A program made the translations under genes and the position numbers. The notes beneath the pieces are model-generated. The model had not been told where the DNA came from and made no database searches. It saw only the letters and a list, made by a program, of their open reading frames with translations. Below, piece by piece: positions 55,632 through 64,000 of a DNA stretch of 64,000 bases. The stretch comes from Chlamydiales bacterium (GTDB lineage Bacteria > Chlamydiota > Chlamydiia > Chlamydiales > SM23-39), in contig JANQFC010000058.1 in assembly GCA_028278035.1 (NCBI GenBank), positions 5,092 through 69,091 of the forward strand. Reading direction: 5' to 3'. How positions within the stretch are numbered: position 1 is the stretch's first letter; every line of letters starts with the position of its first letter.

Positions 55632-57182
55632 AGCATGTTCGGGACATTTAGCTTTTAGAGCCATATAAAGTTCTTTTAACGCTCTTGGTTTGTGATTATG
55701 TTTATCTAATATTTTTTTAGTATTTTTGTAGTATTTCCAAGCATTTAGATAATCATATCTTTCATAACAGATTATAGATAAATAATAATTCAGTGTCGGA
55801 TCGTTAGGATCAATTTTATATAGGTCATTGAGATATACCAAAGCTTCTTTTTCTCTGCCCAGCTGCAGGTATGTACTTGCAAGCTGCATAAGTCCCGCTC
55901 TGAACTGAGGATATTTTTTTACAACTTTTTTTAGCTCTTCTTGTTTTTCAATAATTGATTTTCTGGAAGAGTCCACTCCTTTAAAAATTGCTTTCATGGA
56001 TTTTATATCTGTTTTTTTATTTAGGTAGTCTTCAACTATTGTATCTTTAGAAGTAGAGTAATCGGGGAGATGGTTTTTTACATCTTCTAAAAGTATTCTA
56101 GCTTCTTTTTCTCTACCTACAAATAACATATTAAGACCCAAAAACTCTTGAAGCAGTTTGTCTTTAGGGATGTATTTTTTAGCTTTTTCATATAAGGAGA
56201 TGGCCATTTCGTGGTTTTCCCTGCCCCAGAAAACAGAGGCTTGGTTAAAAAAAGCAAGTCCTATGACTTCTTTAATATTTCTCATCTGAAGTTTCTTGGT
56301 TTCTATTGATAAATAGACTTCGGATGGATAGTCTACCCCTCTGGCTGTAGTTTCGATATTAGTTATTTTTCCGTTATTGTTATGTCTTATGTAAATGTGG
56401 CCTGGAGGTGTTACGATTTCTAGATTAAGACCGAGCCTTTGAGCTAAAGATAAATATAAAATGGAAACCCCTAAACATACCCCTCTTCTAGAGTCCATGA
56501 CAGACGGAAGAAATGTATAAGTATCGATATCTTTTGCATGGAGAGACTGGGGCGGGAACTTAAAGCCCATTTCATAAAAGATGTAATCATTAATAGTCTC
56601 TATTATATCAAGAGCTTTTGCATTTTCAGGAAGTTTAGCCAGTATCTGAAGTGCCATTAGATCCAAACATGCTTCGTAGTATCTTAATTTATAAAGGCTA
56701 TCTTGTGAGTCTCCTACTTCTTCTAAAAACAAGGCTCTTGACAAATCTACTTCATTGACTTTTAATTTCACCAGTTCTTGCGTGGCTTCTATTTTATGGC
56801 CCTTTAGTTTTCTGTTTTTTAAATTTTTTCCTAAGCTTTCTATAAATTGCAGTTTTTCTTCTGTCAATTCTTCAGGGGGAACTGAGCTTTGTTTGTTTAC
56901 TAAGGCTATCATTAGATTTACATCTAAAGAAGGTAAATATACAAAATCTTTTTTATCTTCCTGATTTAACAACTTCCAGGCTTTTTTAAGTGCCATTTTG
57001 CCTTCTTGAGTGTCAGGGTACAACTCATAAAAAGCAAAATGCTGAACGACTGATCTGGAATCTAAATTGTTGTATATTGCTTTTGTGGATTTTTTAGAGT
57101 CTGTGTCAATTCCCGGTAGTTTTAAAGATGTTAAATTTAAAAAACTAAGCACTAAAAGTAATGCATAAAAAATATTTTTCAT
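55623..57182 (-). CDS. Secreted transglutaminase-like / TPR-repeat protein (SirB1/YchA-like architecture)
   Basis: 519 aa with signal peptide MKNIFYALLLVLSFLNLTS. The transglutaminase-like core is RRGVCLGVSILYLSLAQRLGLNLEIVTPPGHIYIR (Cys and His). The C-terminal TPR-like repeats include A..YEKA, A..YL.L and AWKYYKN. Confidence 0.7.
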   Translation of the reverse strand: MKNIFYALLLVLSFLNLTSLKLPGIDTDSKKSTKAIYNNLDSRSVVQHFAFYELYPDTQEGKMALKKAWKLLNQEDKKDFVYLPSLDVNLMIALVNKQSSVPPEELTEEKLQFIESLGKNLKNRKLKGHKIEATQELVKLKVNEVDLSRALFLEEVGDSQDSLYKLRYYEACLDLMALQILAKLPENAKALDIIETINDYIFYEMGFKFPPQSLHAKDIDTYTFLPSVMDSRRGVCLGVSILYLSLAQRLGLNLEIVTPPGHIYIRHNNNGKITNIETTARGVDYPSEVYLSIETKKLQMRNIKEVIGLAFFNQASVFWGRENHEMAISLYEKAKKYIPKDKLLQEFLGLNMLFVGREKEARILLEDVKNHLPDYSTSKDTIVEDYLNKKTDIKSMKAIFKGVDSSRKSIIEKQEELKKVVKKYPQFRAGLMQLASTYLQLGREKEALVYLNDLYKIDPNDPTLNYYLSIICYERYDYLNAWKYYKNTKKILDKHNHKPRALKELYMALKAKCPEHALN

Positions 57183-57284
57183 AGTATGCGCCTTTTTTTT
57201 AGATCATATGAAAAAATTAATTGCTACTCAATAGTTAAAATGATAAATTCTTCGCACAATTTAAATTTTTAGGAGGTTTTTATA

Positions 57285-57674
57285 ATGGCGGGCAGCGTAG
57301 CAATAACACTAACTTTGAAAAATCCGTATATAGAAATGTCTAAGGATAAGATGTTCGAAAGAAAAGTTTTTAATCAAATGCAAGAAATGGTGACAGTCAT
57401 TGTTGATGCTTGCTGTAATCCAACAACTACGGGGATTTATCCTGATTTTGATTCTAAAATTAAATGTTTAATGGATACTGTAAATATTGAAGATGCACAA
57501 TTGCAGAGAGTTTTTAGAAAATATCACCAAAAGCTTAAAAGATCTGATGAAGGAGAAGTAAAACAAGCAATGAGAACAACTGCTGCCAAGGTAGCTCGAG
57601 AAATTTTGCAGACAGCATCAAGTTATACTAAATCCAATTTGGAAATTATAGGAAAAGCATATCGAAGAACTTAA
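57285..57674 (+). CDS. Hypothetical 129-aa protein
   Basis: The ORF has AGGAGG 7 nt upstream of the ATG. No recognisable motif. It lies between the TPS island and malQ. Confidence 0.5.
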   Translation: MAGSVAITLTLKNPYIEMSKDKMFERKVFNQMQEMVTVIVDACCNPTTTGIYPDFDSKIKCLMDTVNIEDAQLQRVFRKYHQKLKRSDEGEVKQAMRTTAAKVAREILQTASSYTKSNLEIIGKAYRRT

Positions 57675-59242
57675 TTTTTTAAGATTTCTTTGATGTCTTT
57701 TTTTAACTTGGTGTGATTGGTTATTTCTTCAAGTGTCGGTTTAAACCTATATGTCCAGTTGGTTGGAAGCATAGTACCGGGAATATTTATTCTTTCATCA
57801 TCTGGATCTTCCCATATAAGTTCCGGATATAAGGCTAGATATTCTTGTAGTAAATTGATATGGAATAAAGAAGACGAATGATGGGAGTCTTTTAATAGTT
57901 CCATTCTTTGTTTGTAAGATAGTTTATCTGTATAATGCCAGTTTTGAAACTTTGCAAATTTGGTAGCTCCTTTTAAGTAAGATTCCCACCATCCCTGAAA
58001 AGTATCGGAGTCATGTGTAGATAGAGTGGTCACGCTTAGTGGTTCATAGTTATTGAATTTAATATATCCAAAAGCCGTTTTTTCCCAAGGTATTACCTTA
58101 GTGCCGCAGATGCCCAGCTTATTTAAAGATTTATAAACAATTTTTGGTATAAGGCCTAAATCTTCTGCTATTGGCAATAGATCAGAAGAATCCAACATCA
58201 TTTGCAGTCTCTTGATTCCTTCTTTTGCCCAATGAGCAGGGTCTTTCGGAATGAACCTTCCTTCTACAGCATCTTCTGAAGGCTTGATCGCCCAAATCCT
58301 AAAAAAGCCGACTACATGATCTATTCTATACATGTGATACAGATGTTTGATCACATTTAATCTTCTTTTCCACCATTTGTAGTTTGTTTTTCTTAATGAT
58401 TCCCAGTCGAATAGGGGAAAACCCCATTTTTGCCCATAGAGACTGTAGTTGTCCGGAGGAGCGCCTGCTACATAAGTTTTATCAAAAATATCTTTATTGA
58501 ACCATACGTCTGCGCTATGAGGAGATACTAATATTGGAACATCACCTTCTAGGAGTATATTGTTTTCATCTGCATATTTTTTTACGGTTTGCATTTGTTT
58601 AAAGCATAAGTACTGCATAACAAAATAAAAATGCATGTCAGTATGGTGTTTTTGTAATAGGGAGGGAAGATTTGCTTTTGTGATATGTTTAATATTGTCC
58701 GGCCATGTATCCCAGTTTTTAAAATTCTGTTTTTCTAACAAGGTTCTGTATAGTGCATACTCTTCTAACCATGGATGGTCTTTTAAAAATTGTTCGAACT
58801 CTTTATTCTGTTTTATATTTTCAAAATTATGCTGGTAATATTCATAAAGCCATTTTAGCTTGAGTTCTTTTAGTTTTAAGTAGTGAACCCTTTGATAAGT
58901 ATTGAAAAGATCAAAGTCTTTTAATTTTTTTTGTAAAGAAGCACTGATATTGTCCAATGCATGTAAGGATATATGAATAGGATTTAATGCGCAGGATGAT
59001 ATTGCGTTATAAGGACTGGGATCTTTTCCTGTTTCGTTTAAGGGTAAAAGCTGGATAACATTAAAACCGACATCTTTTGAAAAATCAATTACGTCCAATA
59101 AATCTAAATACTCTCCTATCCCTGAGCTTTTTTGGGTTCTTAAAGAAAATAGCGGAACTACTATGCCATGATGGTTTTTACAGCCGATTTTTTCCCAGTG
59201 TTTGGCCGATGGACATGTTTTTATATAGTTTTGTATATCCAT
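57671..59242 (-). CDS. malQ: 4-alpha-glucanotransferase (amylomaltase, GH77)
   Basis: 523 aa. GIGEYLDL, YNAISSCALNP, YRIDHVVGFFRIW, and STHDSDT. Confidence 0.9.
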   Translation of the reverse strand: MDIQNYIKTCPSAKHWEKIGCKNHHGIVVPLFSLRTQKSSGIGEYLDLLDVIDFSKDVGFNVIQLLPLNETGKDPSPYNAISSCALNPIHISLHALDNISASLQKKLKDFDLFNTYQRVHYLKLKELKLKWLYEYYQHNFENIKQNKEFEQFLKDHPWLEEYALYRTLLEKQNFKNWDTWPDNIKHITKANLPSLLQKHHTDMHFYFVMQYLCFKQMQTVKKYADENNILLEGDVPILVSPHSADVWFNKDIFDKTYVAGAPPDNYSLYGQKWGFPLFDWESLRKTNYKWWKRRLNVIKHLYHMYRIDHVVGFFRIWAIKPSEDAVEGRFIPKDPAHWAKEGIKRLQMMLDSSDLLPIAEDLGLIPKIVYKSLNKLGICGTKVIPWEKTAFGYIKFNNYEPLSVTTLSTHDSDTFQGWWESYLKGATKFAKFQNWHYTDKLSYKQRMELLKDSHHSSSLFHINLLQEYLALYPELIWEDPDDERINIPGTMLPTNWTYRFKPTLEEITNHTKLKKDIKEILKN

Positions 59243-59243
59243 G

Positions 59244-59693
59244 TTATTTTAAGTTAAAAGGTTTTTCCTTGCCTGTTGGAATAATTTCAACAGGAGAATC
59301 TCTGCCTGTATCTACAGCATCTTTCCATAATAAAGATATATCTACAAAACCGGCGAGTGTTTGATTGAGCATTTCCGGATTAATATCTTCAAAATTCAAA
59401 TAAGTAAATAATGCTAAAGCATTGTCTTCTTCTAAATATGCAAACGTATATTCAAAATCAAATTTGTTATTTTCTTTTAAAGCATTTATTAAAACGTTTT
59501 CTCTAAATTTGCCTGCGGATAAATTTGCAATAGAGCTAAATATTAATAGCTTATCTTCATCAAGATCGGCCTCCAGCTGAATAAAAAGCTTTTCATCTAC
59601 CATTATCGAAATGATATTATCTTTTTCAATAGAAAGATCTACTTCAATTTTTTTAGAAAGGTTATGGATAATTTCTTCAAATCTGCTTTCCAT
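59244..59693 (-). CDS. scc1: Type III secretion chaperone, SycE/CesT class (Scc1-like)
   Basis: 149-aa acidic protein directly downstream of the copN-like gene, in the position held by chlamydial scc1 (copN-scc1-malQ). It has a CesT-like pattern of alternating hydrophobic blocks. Confidence 0.72.
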   Translation of the reverse strand: MESRFEEIIHNLSKKIEVDLSIEKDNIISIMVDEKLFIQLEADLDEDKLLIFSSIANLSAGKFRENVLINALKENNKFDFEYTFAYLEEDNALALFTYLNFEDINPEMLNQTLAGFVDISLLWKDAVDTGRDSPVEIIPTGKEKPFNLK

Positions 59694-60835
59694 TATTCTT
59701 CTTCCTCTTCCAGTTCATCTTCCAAATCTTCCAAAGCTTCTATATATGCAGCCAAAACGTCTTGTCTATGTTTTTGAGATTTATAAAGTCTGAAAGAGGT
59801 TCCTCGTACAGCATCTCTCATTTGAGTGTAAATAATAATCTGAGCTGCGATCTCTTCTGAAATACCTAACATTTTTGCTAAAGCTTTTACTTTATCAGAT
59901 GATACGTACCTTTCTTTTAAAAGCTTCATAAAAGCTTTTGCCATCACTTCAAAATTAAGGATCGGAAGCATCACTAGTCCATAATGTTCGAACATCGATG
60001 CAATTAATTGATTTCTAGACATAAAAAAGCGGTATACTCCAGAAATTGCCTGCAGAATCTGCATGTCTTCCATTAGTTTTTGAAGTTCCGCTCTGGAAAT
60101 GGAAGGTCCTTTCGATTTTAAATCGGCACCTAAAGAATGCAGCATGAATCTGATAACTATTTTCATTGAGTCATAATTGAATTTATTGGACAGCTCATCA
60201 AATAAAGCATGAGGGTCTTGCTCTTGACCTGTAACTTCTCTGTACATATCTCTTAAAGCGCTGGGAGAGCCAAGCCCTTCTTTTGAAAAGGTCTGAGCCT
60301 GAAAATTAATATTTCTGCCAGCTGTAATTTCTCTTTTAAAATTAGTATTTAAATATTCTTTTGCCTGCCCGACTTTTGCATTTAGCTTTCCTGTTGTGGT
60401 ATCTAATAAAAAATCCAAAGCGTCATCTGCTAGAGTGTAGTCAGGATAAAAATTTAAGACCTTGTTTAGTATATCTTCTACAGAGTCCTCTTCTGTAATT
60501 GAATCTCTTAATATAAGAAGTGTTTTTTCTTTCAGTTCGAAATTCTTTTTATTGAATTTTAAAGCGGATTCTTCTGATTGCTTAACTTCCTCTATTACTT
60601 CTATTTCTTCATCTGCAGCCTGTGATTTATTGAGAGACTTTCTTCTGGCTCTTTGTTCTTCCAAGGTTTTAAAGTTTTTTCTGATAGCTACTTGATTGAA
60701 ACCGGATTCTCTCATGGCTTGGGCGGATTTTTGGGCAGTGACTTGACGCATTCGAATCCTGGCAAATTTAGCTTGCTGAGCTGCCAATTGGCGCGATATC
60801 TGTCTTGCTTGTTGTGATCTTGATACTTTTGCCAT
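59693..60835 (-). CDS. copN: T3SS gatekeeper SctW (CopN/YopN-TyeA family)
   Basis: 380 aa, located between sctV and the chaperone with 1-nt gene junctions. It is helical with an acidic C-terminal tail (EDLEDELEEEEE). The assignment rests largely on conserved chlamydial gene order. Confidence 0.72.
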   Translation of the reverse strand: MAKVSRSQQARQISRQLAAQQAKFARIRMRQVTAQKSAQAMRESGFNQVAIRKNFKTLEEQRARRKSLNKSQAADEEIEVIEEVKQSEESALKFNKKNFELKEKTLLILRDSITEEDSVEDILNKVLNFYPDYTLADDALDFLLDTTTGKLNAKVGQAKEYLNTNFKREITAGRNINFQAQTFSKEGLGSPSALRDMYREVTGQEQDPHALFDELSNKFNYDSMKIVIRFMLHSLGADLKSKGPSISRAELQKLMEDMQILQAISGVYRFFMSRNQLIASMFEHYGLVMLPILNFEVMAKAFMKLLKERYVSSDKVKALAKMLGISEEIAAQIIIYTQMRDAVRGTSFRLYKSQKHRQDVLAAYIEALEDLEDELEEEEE

Positions 60836-60836
60836 A

Positions 60837-62960
60837 TTATGTTAACTGAATCCTGCCAAGTGGTTGTATTCGAATTTCCGGAACTATTTCCTGATGTGAT
60901 ACTACATGCAGGTCCGGAAATTCTCCTTCTAGTAATTTTCTTACATATCTTCTTACATCAACTCCTGTTAATAATACAGGAGGCTGTCCGCCGGGAGGCG
61001 TTGGAACTATTGTATTTCTTAAAGAGTTTAATATCATTTGAACTGTGTCCGGGTCCAATGCCAAATAAGAACCTGCAGAGGTTTGTTTGATAGATCCTCT
61101 TATCATATCTTCGATTTCAGGATCTAACAGATATGCCGATAATATTGTTTGTCCTTGTGAGTATTTAAAAGAGATATATCTTTTTAAAGAGGTACGTACA
61201 TATTCAGTTAGTAAAACCACATCTTTTTCCGTTTGCGCCCATTCACTTAAACATTCTAAAATTGTTCTTAAGTCTTTGATAGATACCTGTTCTTGTATAA
61301 GCCTTCTGAAAATATCCGTCATTTTTTGAAGAGGGACCAATCTTGTTACTTCTTTTACCAGGTCAGGATAAGATTTTTCAATGAACTCTAAAATTGCCCT
61401 TACTTCCTGTATTCCCAGAAACTCAAATGCATACTGACGATAGAATTTAGATAAATGCAGGATCATAACTTCTACAGGCGACCAGAATTTAATACCTGCT
61501 TTCTGCAGGATATCTTTATATGTCTCTTCTACCCAGATATTGGGAACACCCAAAGAACTCTTTGTTGAGGTATAGGGAAGATTTAGTCTTTTTAATGTTT
61601 CTTCTGATTCATTTGTTAAGAGATGGCTCGTTAAAACTTTGCCTTTGATAATCGGTACTTCATTTAAAAAGATCTGGTATTCATCTTTATCAAGAGAGGG
61701 AGAGTCTGTTCTGACGTGCACTCCCGGAAATCTAACTCCTAAATCTTGATAAAGGGCGTGTCGCATTTTAGGGATCATTTTATCTATAAAAGTAAGGCCC
61801 TGTTTGTCTTTTTTAATAAGACCTGACAAATCAGTTCCTATTTCTAATATAACAGGCAAGGTTAAAGCATAATCTTCCGCTCCGCCTGATATTACTGAAT
61901 GATCTTCTGCTCCTTCTATTGCTCCCATTCCGGTTGCTGCTTTTGCTGCGGCCTTTTTAGAAGATAGCCATACTACAGTACCGACAGTTCCCATTAATAC
62001 TCCCAAAAGTAAAAAAGGAGTTGGAGGAAACCCGGGAACCCATGCCATTAAAAATAAAGCTCCGGCTCCGATCATAAAAGCTTTCGGCTGTCTTAACAGT
62101 TGTTCTGATATCTCTTTACCCAAGTGCGCATCTTTTTTCTCTGAAGATACCCTAGTAGTTACAATACCTGCCGTGATAGCGATCATTATGGCAGGAATCT
62201 GTGAGACAAGACCGTCTCCGATGGACAATAAAGAATATGTTTTGGCAGATTGAGCTAAGCTCATGCCATGCATAGTTCTTCCAATAATAAGTCCGCCGAT
62301 CACGTTGATTATTGTGATTACTATACCTGCTATCGCATCTCCTTTTACGAACTTCATGGCACCGTCCATGGCTCCGTATAATTGACTTTCCCTATTTAAA
62401 GAAAGTCTTAAAAGTCTGGCCTGGTTTGTATCAATAACTCCCGATCTTAGATCGGCATCAATGCTCATCTGTTTGCCCGGCATAGCGTCTAAGGTAAATC
62501 TGGCCGCTACTTCAGCGACCCTTTCCGCACCTTTTGTAACTACTATGAACTGCACTATTGTGATAATTAAAAATATAACACCGCCGACAACATAGTTGCC
62601 GCCGACAACGAAGTTTCCAAACGCAAAGATAATTTTACCGGCGTTAGCATGCAGAAGGATCTGTCTTGTCGATGATATGTTTACTCCCAACCGATATAAA
62701 GTTGTAAATAATAATAAGGACGGAAAGATAGATAAGTGAACAGCCTGCTGTATATATAAAGATACAAATAACAATGTAACGGACGCTGTTAAATTTACCG
62801 AGATCAGTACATCGATGACGTGAGGGGATACCGGGAATATCAGCATCATAATAATGCTTATAACAAAAAAGGCGAGCAGTAGATCAGATGATTTTGTTAT
62901 CGTGCTTAAGGCTCTTTCCCCGCCTAAAAATCTTGTGAAATTATTTAAATACTTGTTCAT
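60837..62960 (-). CDS. sctV: T3SS export-gate protein SctV (CdsV / LcrD / FlhA family)
   Basis: 707 aa. It has an N-terminal 8-TM domain with VAEVAARFTLDAMPGKQMSIDADL and FVKGDAIAGI, and a C-terminal cytoplasmic ring domain. Confidence 0.95.
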   Translation of the reverse strand: MNKYLNNFTRFLGGERALSTITKSSDLLLAFFVISIIMMLIFPVSPHVIDVLISVNLTASVTLLFVSLYIQQAVHLSIFPSLLLFTTLYRLGVNISSTRQILLHANAGKIIFAFGNFVVGGNYVVGGVIFLIITIVQFIVVTKGAERVAEVAARFTLDAMPGKQMSIDADLRSGVIDTNQARLLRLSLNRESQLYGAMDGAMKFVKGDAIAGIVITIINVIGGLIIGRTMHGMSLAQSAKTYSLLSIGDGLVSQIPAIMIAITAGIVTTRVSSEKKDAHLGKEISEQLLRQPKAFMIGAGALFLMAWVPGFPPTPFLLLGVLMGTVGTVVWLSSKKAAAKAATGMGAIEGAEDHSVISGGAEDYALTLPVILEIGTDLSGLIKKDKQGLTFIDKMIPKMRHALYQDLGVRFPGVHVRTDSPSLDKDEYQIFLNEVPIIKGKVLTSHLLTNESEETLKRLNLPYTSTKSSLGVPNIWVEETYKDILQKAGIKFWSPVEVMILHLSKFYRQYAFEFLGIQEVRAILEFIEKSYPDLVKEVTRLVPLQKMTDIFRRLIQEQVSIKDLRTILECLSEWAQTEKDVVLLTEYVRTSLKRYISFKYSQGQTILSAYLLDPEIEDMIRGSIKQTSAGSYLALDPDTVQMILNSLRNTIVPTPPGGQPPVLLTGVDVRRYVRKLLEGEFPDLHVVSHQEIVPEIRIQPLGRIQLT

Positions 62961-64000
62961 TGAAATATTCCTACGTTAACATCTGGCATTTCTTCCATTG
63001 TATCCAGCCATTTTAATACTTCTGCAACAGCTTTATATGTATCTTTCGGTATGTAGTCACCAACTGAGCCTGCTGCAAATAATTGTCTTGCTAGTGCTAC
63101 ATTTCTCATTATTGGAACATGACTGTCTGTTCCGATTTTAATAATCCTTTCGGCCATAGAGCCCTGCCCCATGGTAATAATTATCGGTACCGGATCTTCT
63201 TCTTCTTCGTATCCCAAAGCTACTGCAATATGCGTCGGGTTTGTGATAATCGCTTTTGCCCTTCTTGCTCCGCTCGCTCCTTCGGTATATGCTATCTCTC
63301 TAAACCGCTCTCTTCTTCTTCCTTTTACCATAGGATCTCCTTCAGTATCTTTGAATTCCTGTTTTAATTCAAATTTTTCCATCATCATTTCTTTTGCAAA
63401 CTGTCTTTTTTGAAAGGCCAGATCAAAAATAGCTACTGCTAAGAAGAAAATGCCGACTTGAATCGCGACAGTTCTCAAGAAGGTGTTTAGAATCTGCGCT
63501 GAGCCGATAACAGGCAGCTTTGCTGCCATTATTACTTCCGGCAGCATTTTTTTAATAACCAGGTAAATTATTATTGCAGCTCCTAATATTTTTAAAATTG
63601 ATTTGATAAGCTCTACTAAGACTTTTAACTTGAATTTTTGTTTTATACCTTCTACCGGATTGAGCTTTTTTAAATCAAATTTCATAGCTTGCATGGAGAA
63701 TAGGGGTCCTATTACAAAAAAGTTGGCGAGGATACCTACAAAAGCTACGACTACGACAATTGGGAAACTGGCCAAAGCGATTACTTCTATAGCTTGGGTC
63801 AGAAAAGCACCGGCCCTATGCTGAAGATCAATGTTAGAGCCTACTGCTCGGAATGTTGTAACAATATAGCCTGCTAATTGTTTGTATAAATAAGATGATG
63901 CCATTAATGTTCCGAAAATAGCAGTAACAAATGTAAAAGCTGAGGGGAAATCCTGGGATTTTGCAACTTGTCCTTTTTTCTTGGCGTCCCGAAGTTTTTT
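62957..64000 (-). CDS. sctU: T3SS export-switch protein SctU (CdsU / YscU), 5' end beyond the window
   Basis: The reading frame stays open upstream of the tracked Met. Nt 64000-63905 encode KKLRDAKKKGQVAKSQDFPSAFTFVTAIFGTL, the typical YscU N-terminus. The NPTH autocleavage site (ITNPTHIAVAL) is encoded at 63230-63241. Confidence 0.92.
   Translation of the reverse strand, partial: KKLRDAKKKGQVAKSQDFPSAFTFVTAIFGTLMASSYLYKQLAGYIVTTFRAVGSNIDLQHRAGAFLTQAIEVIALASFPIVVVVAFVGILANFFVIGPLFSMQAMKFDLKKLNPVEGIKQKFKLKVLVELIKSILKILGAAIIIYLVIKKMLPEVIMAAKLPVIGSAQILNTFLRTVAIQVGIFFLAVAIFDLAFQKRQFAKEMMMEKFELKQEFKDTEGDPMVKGRRRERFREIAYTEGASGARRAKAIITNPTHIAVALGYEEEEDPVPIIITMGQGSMAERIIKIGTDSHVPIMRNVALARQLFAAGSVGDYIPKDTYKAVAEVLKWLDTMEEMPDVNVGIFQ

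Noticed and set aside
48309-57284. Mobile-element boundaries (integrase, transposase, direct repeats, tRNA target) around the TPS island.
   Set aside because: None is recognisable in the flanking spacers 48309-48522 and 57183-57284, so I cannot call this a mobile element.
1-64000. CRISPR arrays, rRNA genes, prophage genes and IS elements.
   Set aside because: Reading the intergenic regions showed no repeat-spacer periodicity, no rRNA-like conserved blocks and no transposase, integrase or capsid-like ORFs.

Overview
By eye this 64 kb window is AT-rich (about 30-35% GC) and densely coding. It appears to come from a member of the Chlamydiae. The right end carries the chlamydial type III secretion block malQ-scc1-copN-cdsV-cdsU on the minus strand. 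The centre matches, from my memory of the C. trachomatis map, the CT784-CT804 order: rnpA-rpmH / rpmJ-rpsN ... uvrC-mutS / dnaG ... glyS ... pgsA / glgA / tRNA-Gln-ctc-pth-rpsF-rpsR-rplI-ispE. A map-marC-PLD-rpmB segment follows. I see about 60 protein genes, one tRNA-Gln(UUG), one decaying AAA/DUF4143 pseudogene, and no rRNA, CRISPR array, IS element or integrase. Accessory material sits between the conserved blocks. (1) A radical SAM/SPASM maturase is paired with a 69-aa Cys-rich peptide gene that has its own promoter, next to a secreted S41 peptidase; this is a candidate thioether RiPP locus and my top candidate for an undescribed system. (2) A roughly 9 kb two-partner secretion island lies between rpmB and malQ, beside the T3SS genes. 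It encodes a 1812-aa TpsA with about 134-aa periodic modules, a TpsB, and a transglutaminase/TPR protein. (3) ADP-heptose genes hldD and hldE are present, and the HldE adenylyltransferase domain has lost its HxGH motif. (4) An alpha2-type GlyRS occupies the slot where Chlamydiaceae carry a fused alpha-beta enzyme. (5) There is a soluble hybrid histidine kinase next to an orphan 303-aa protein. (6) Other items are a Tsr3-like DTW protein, a type IIIA P-type ATPase beside tandem paralogous membrane proteins, and several Inc-like or effector-like orphans. All family assignments come from motifs read in the supplied translations. No database search was run, so novelty claims are unverified.
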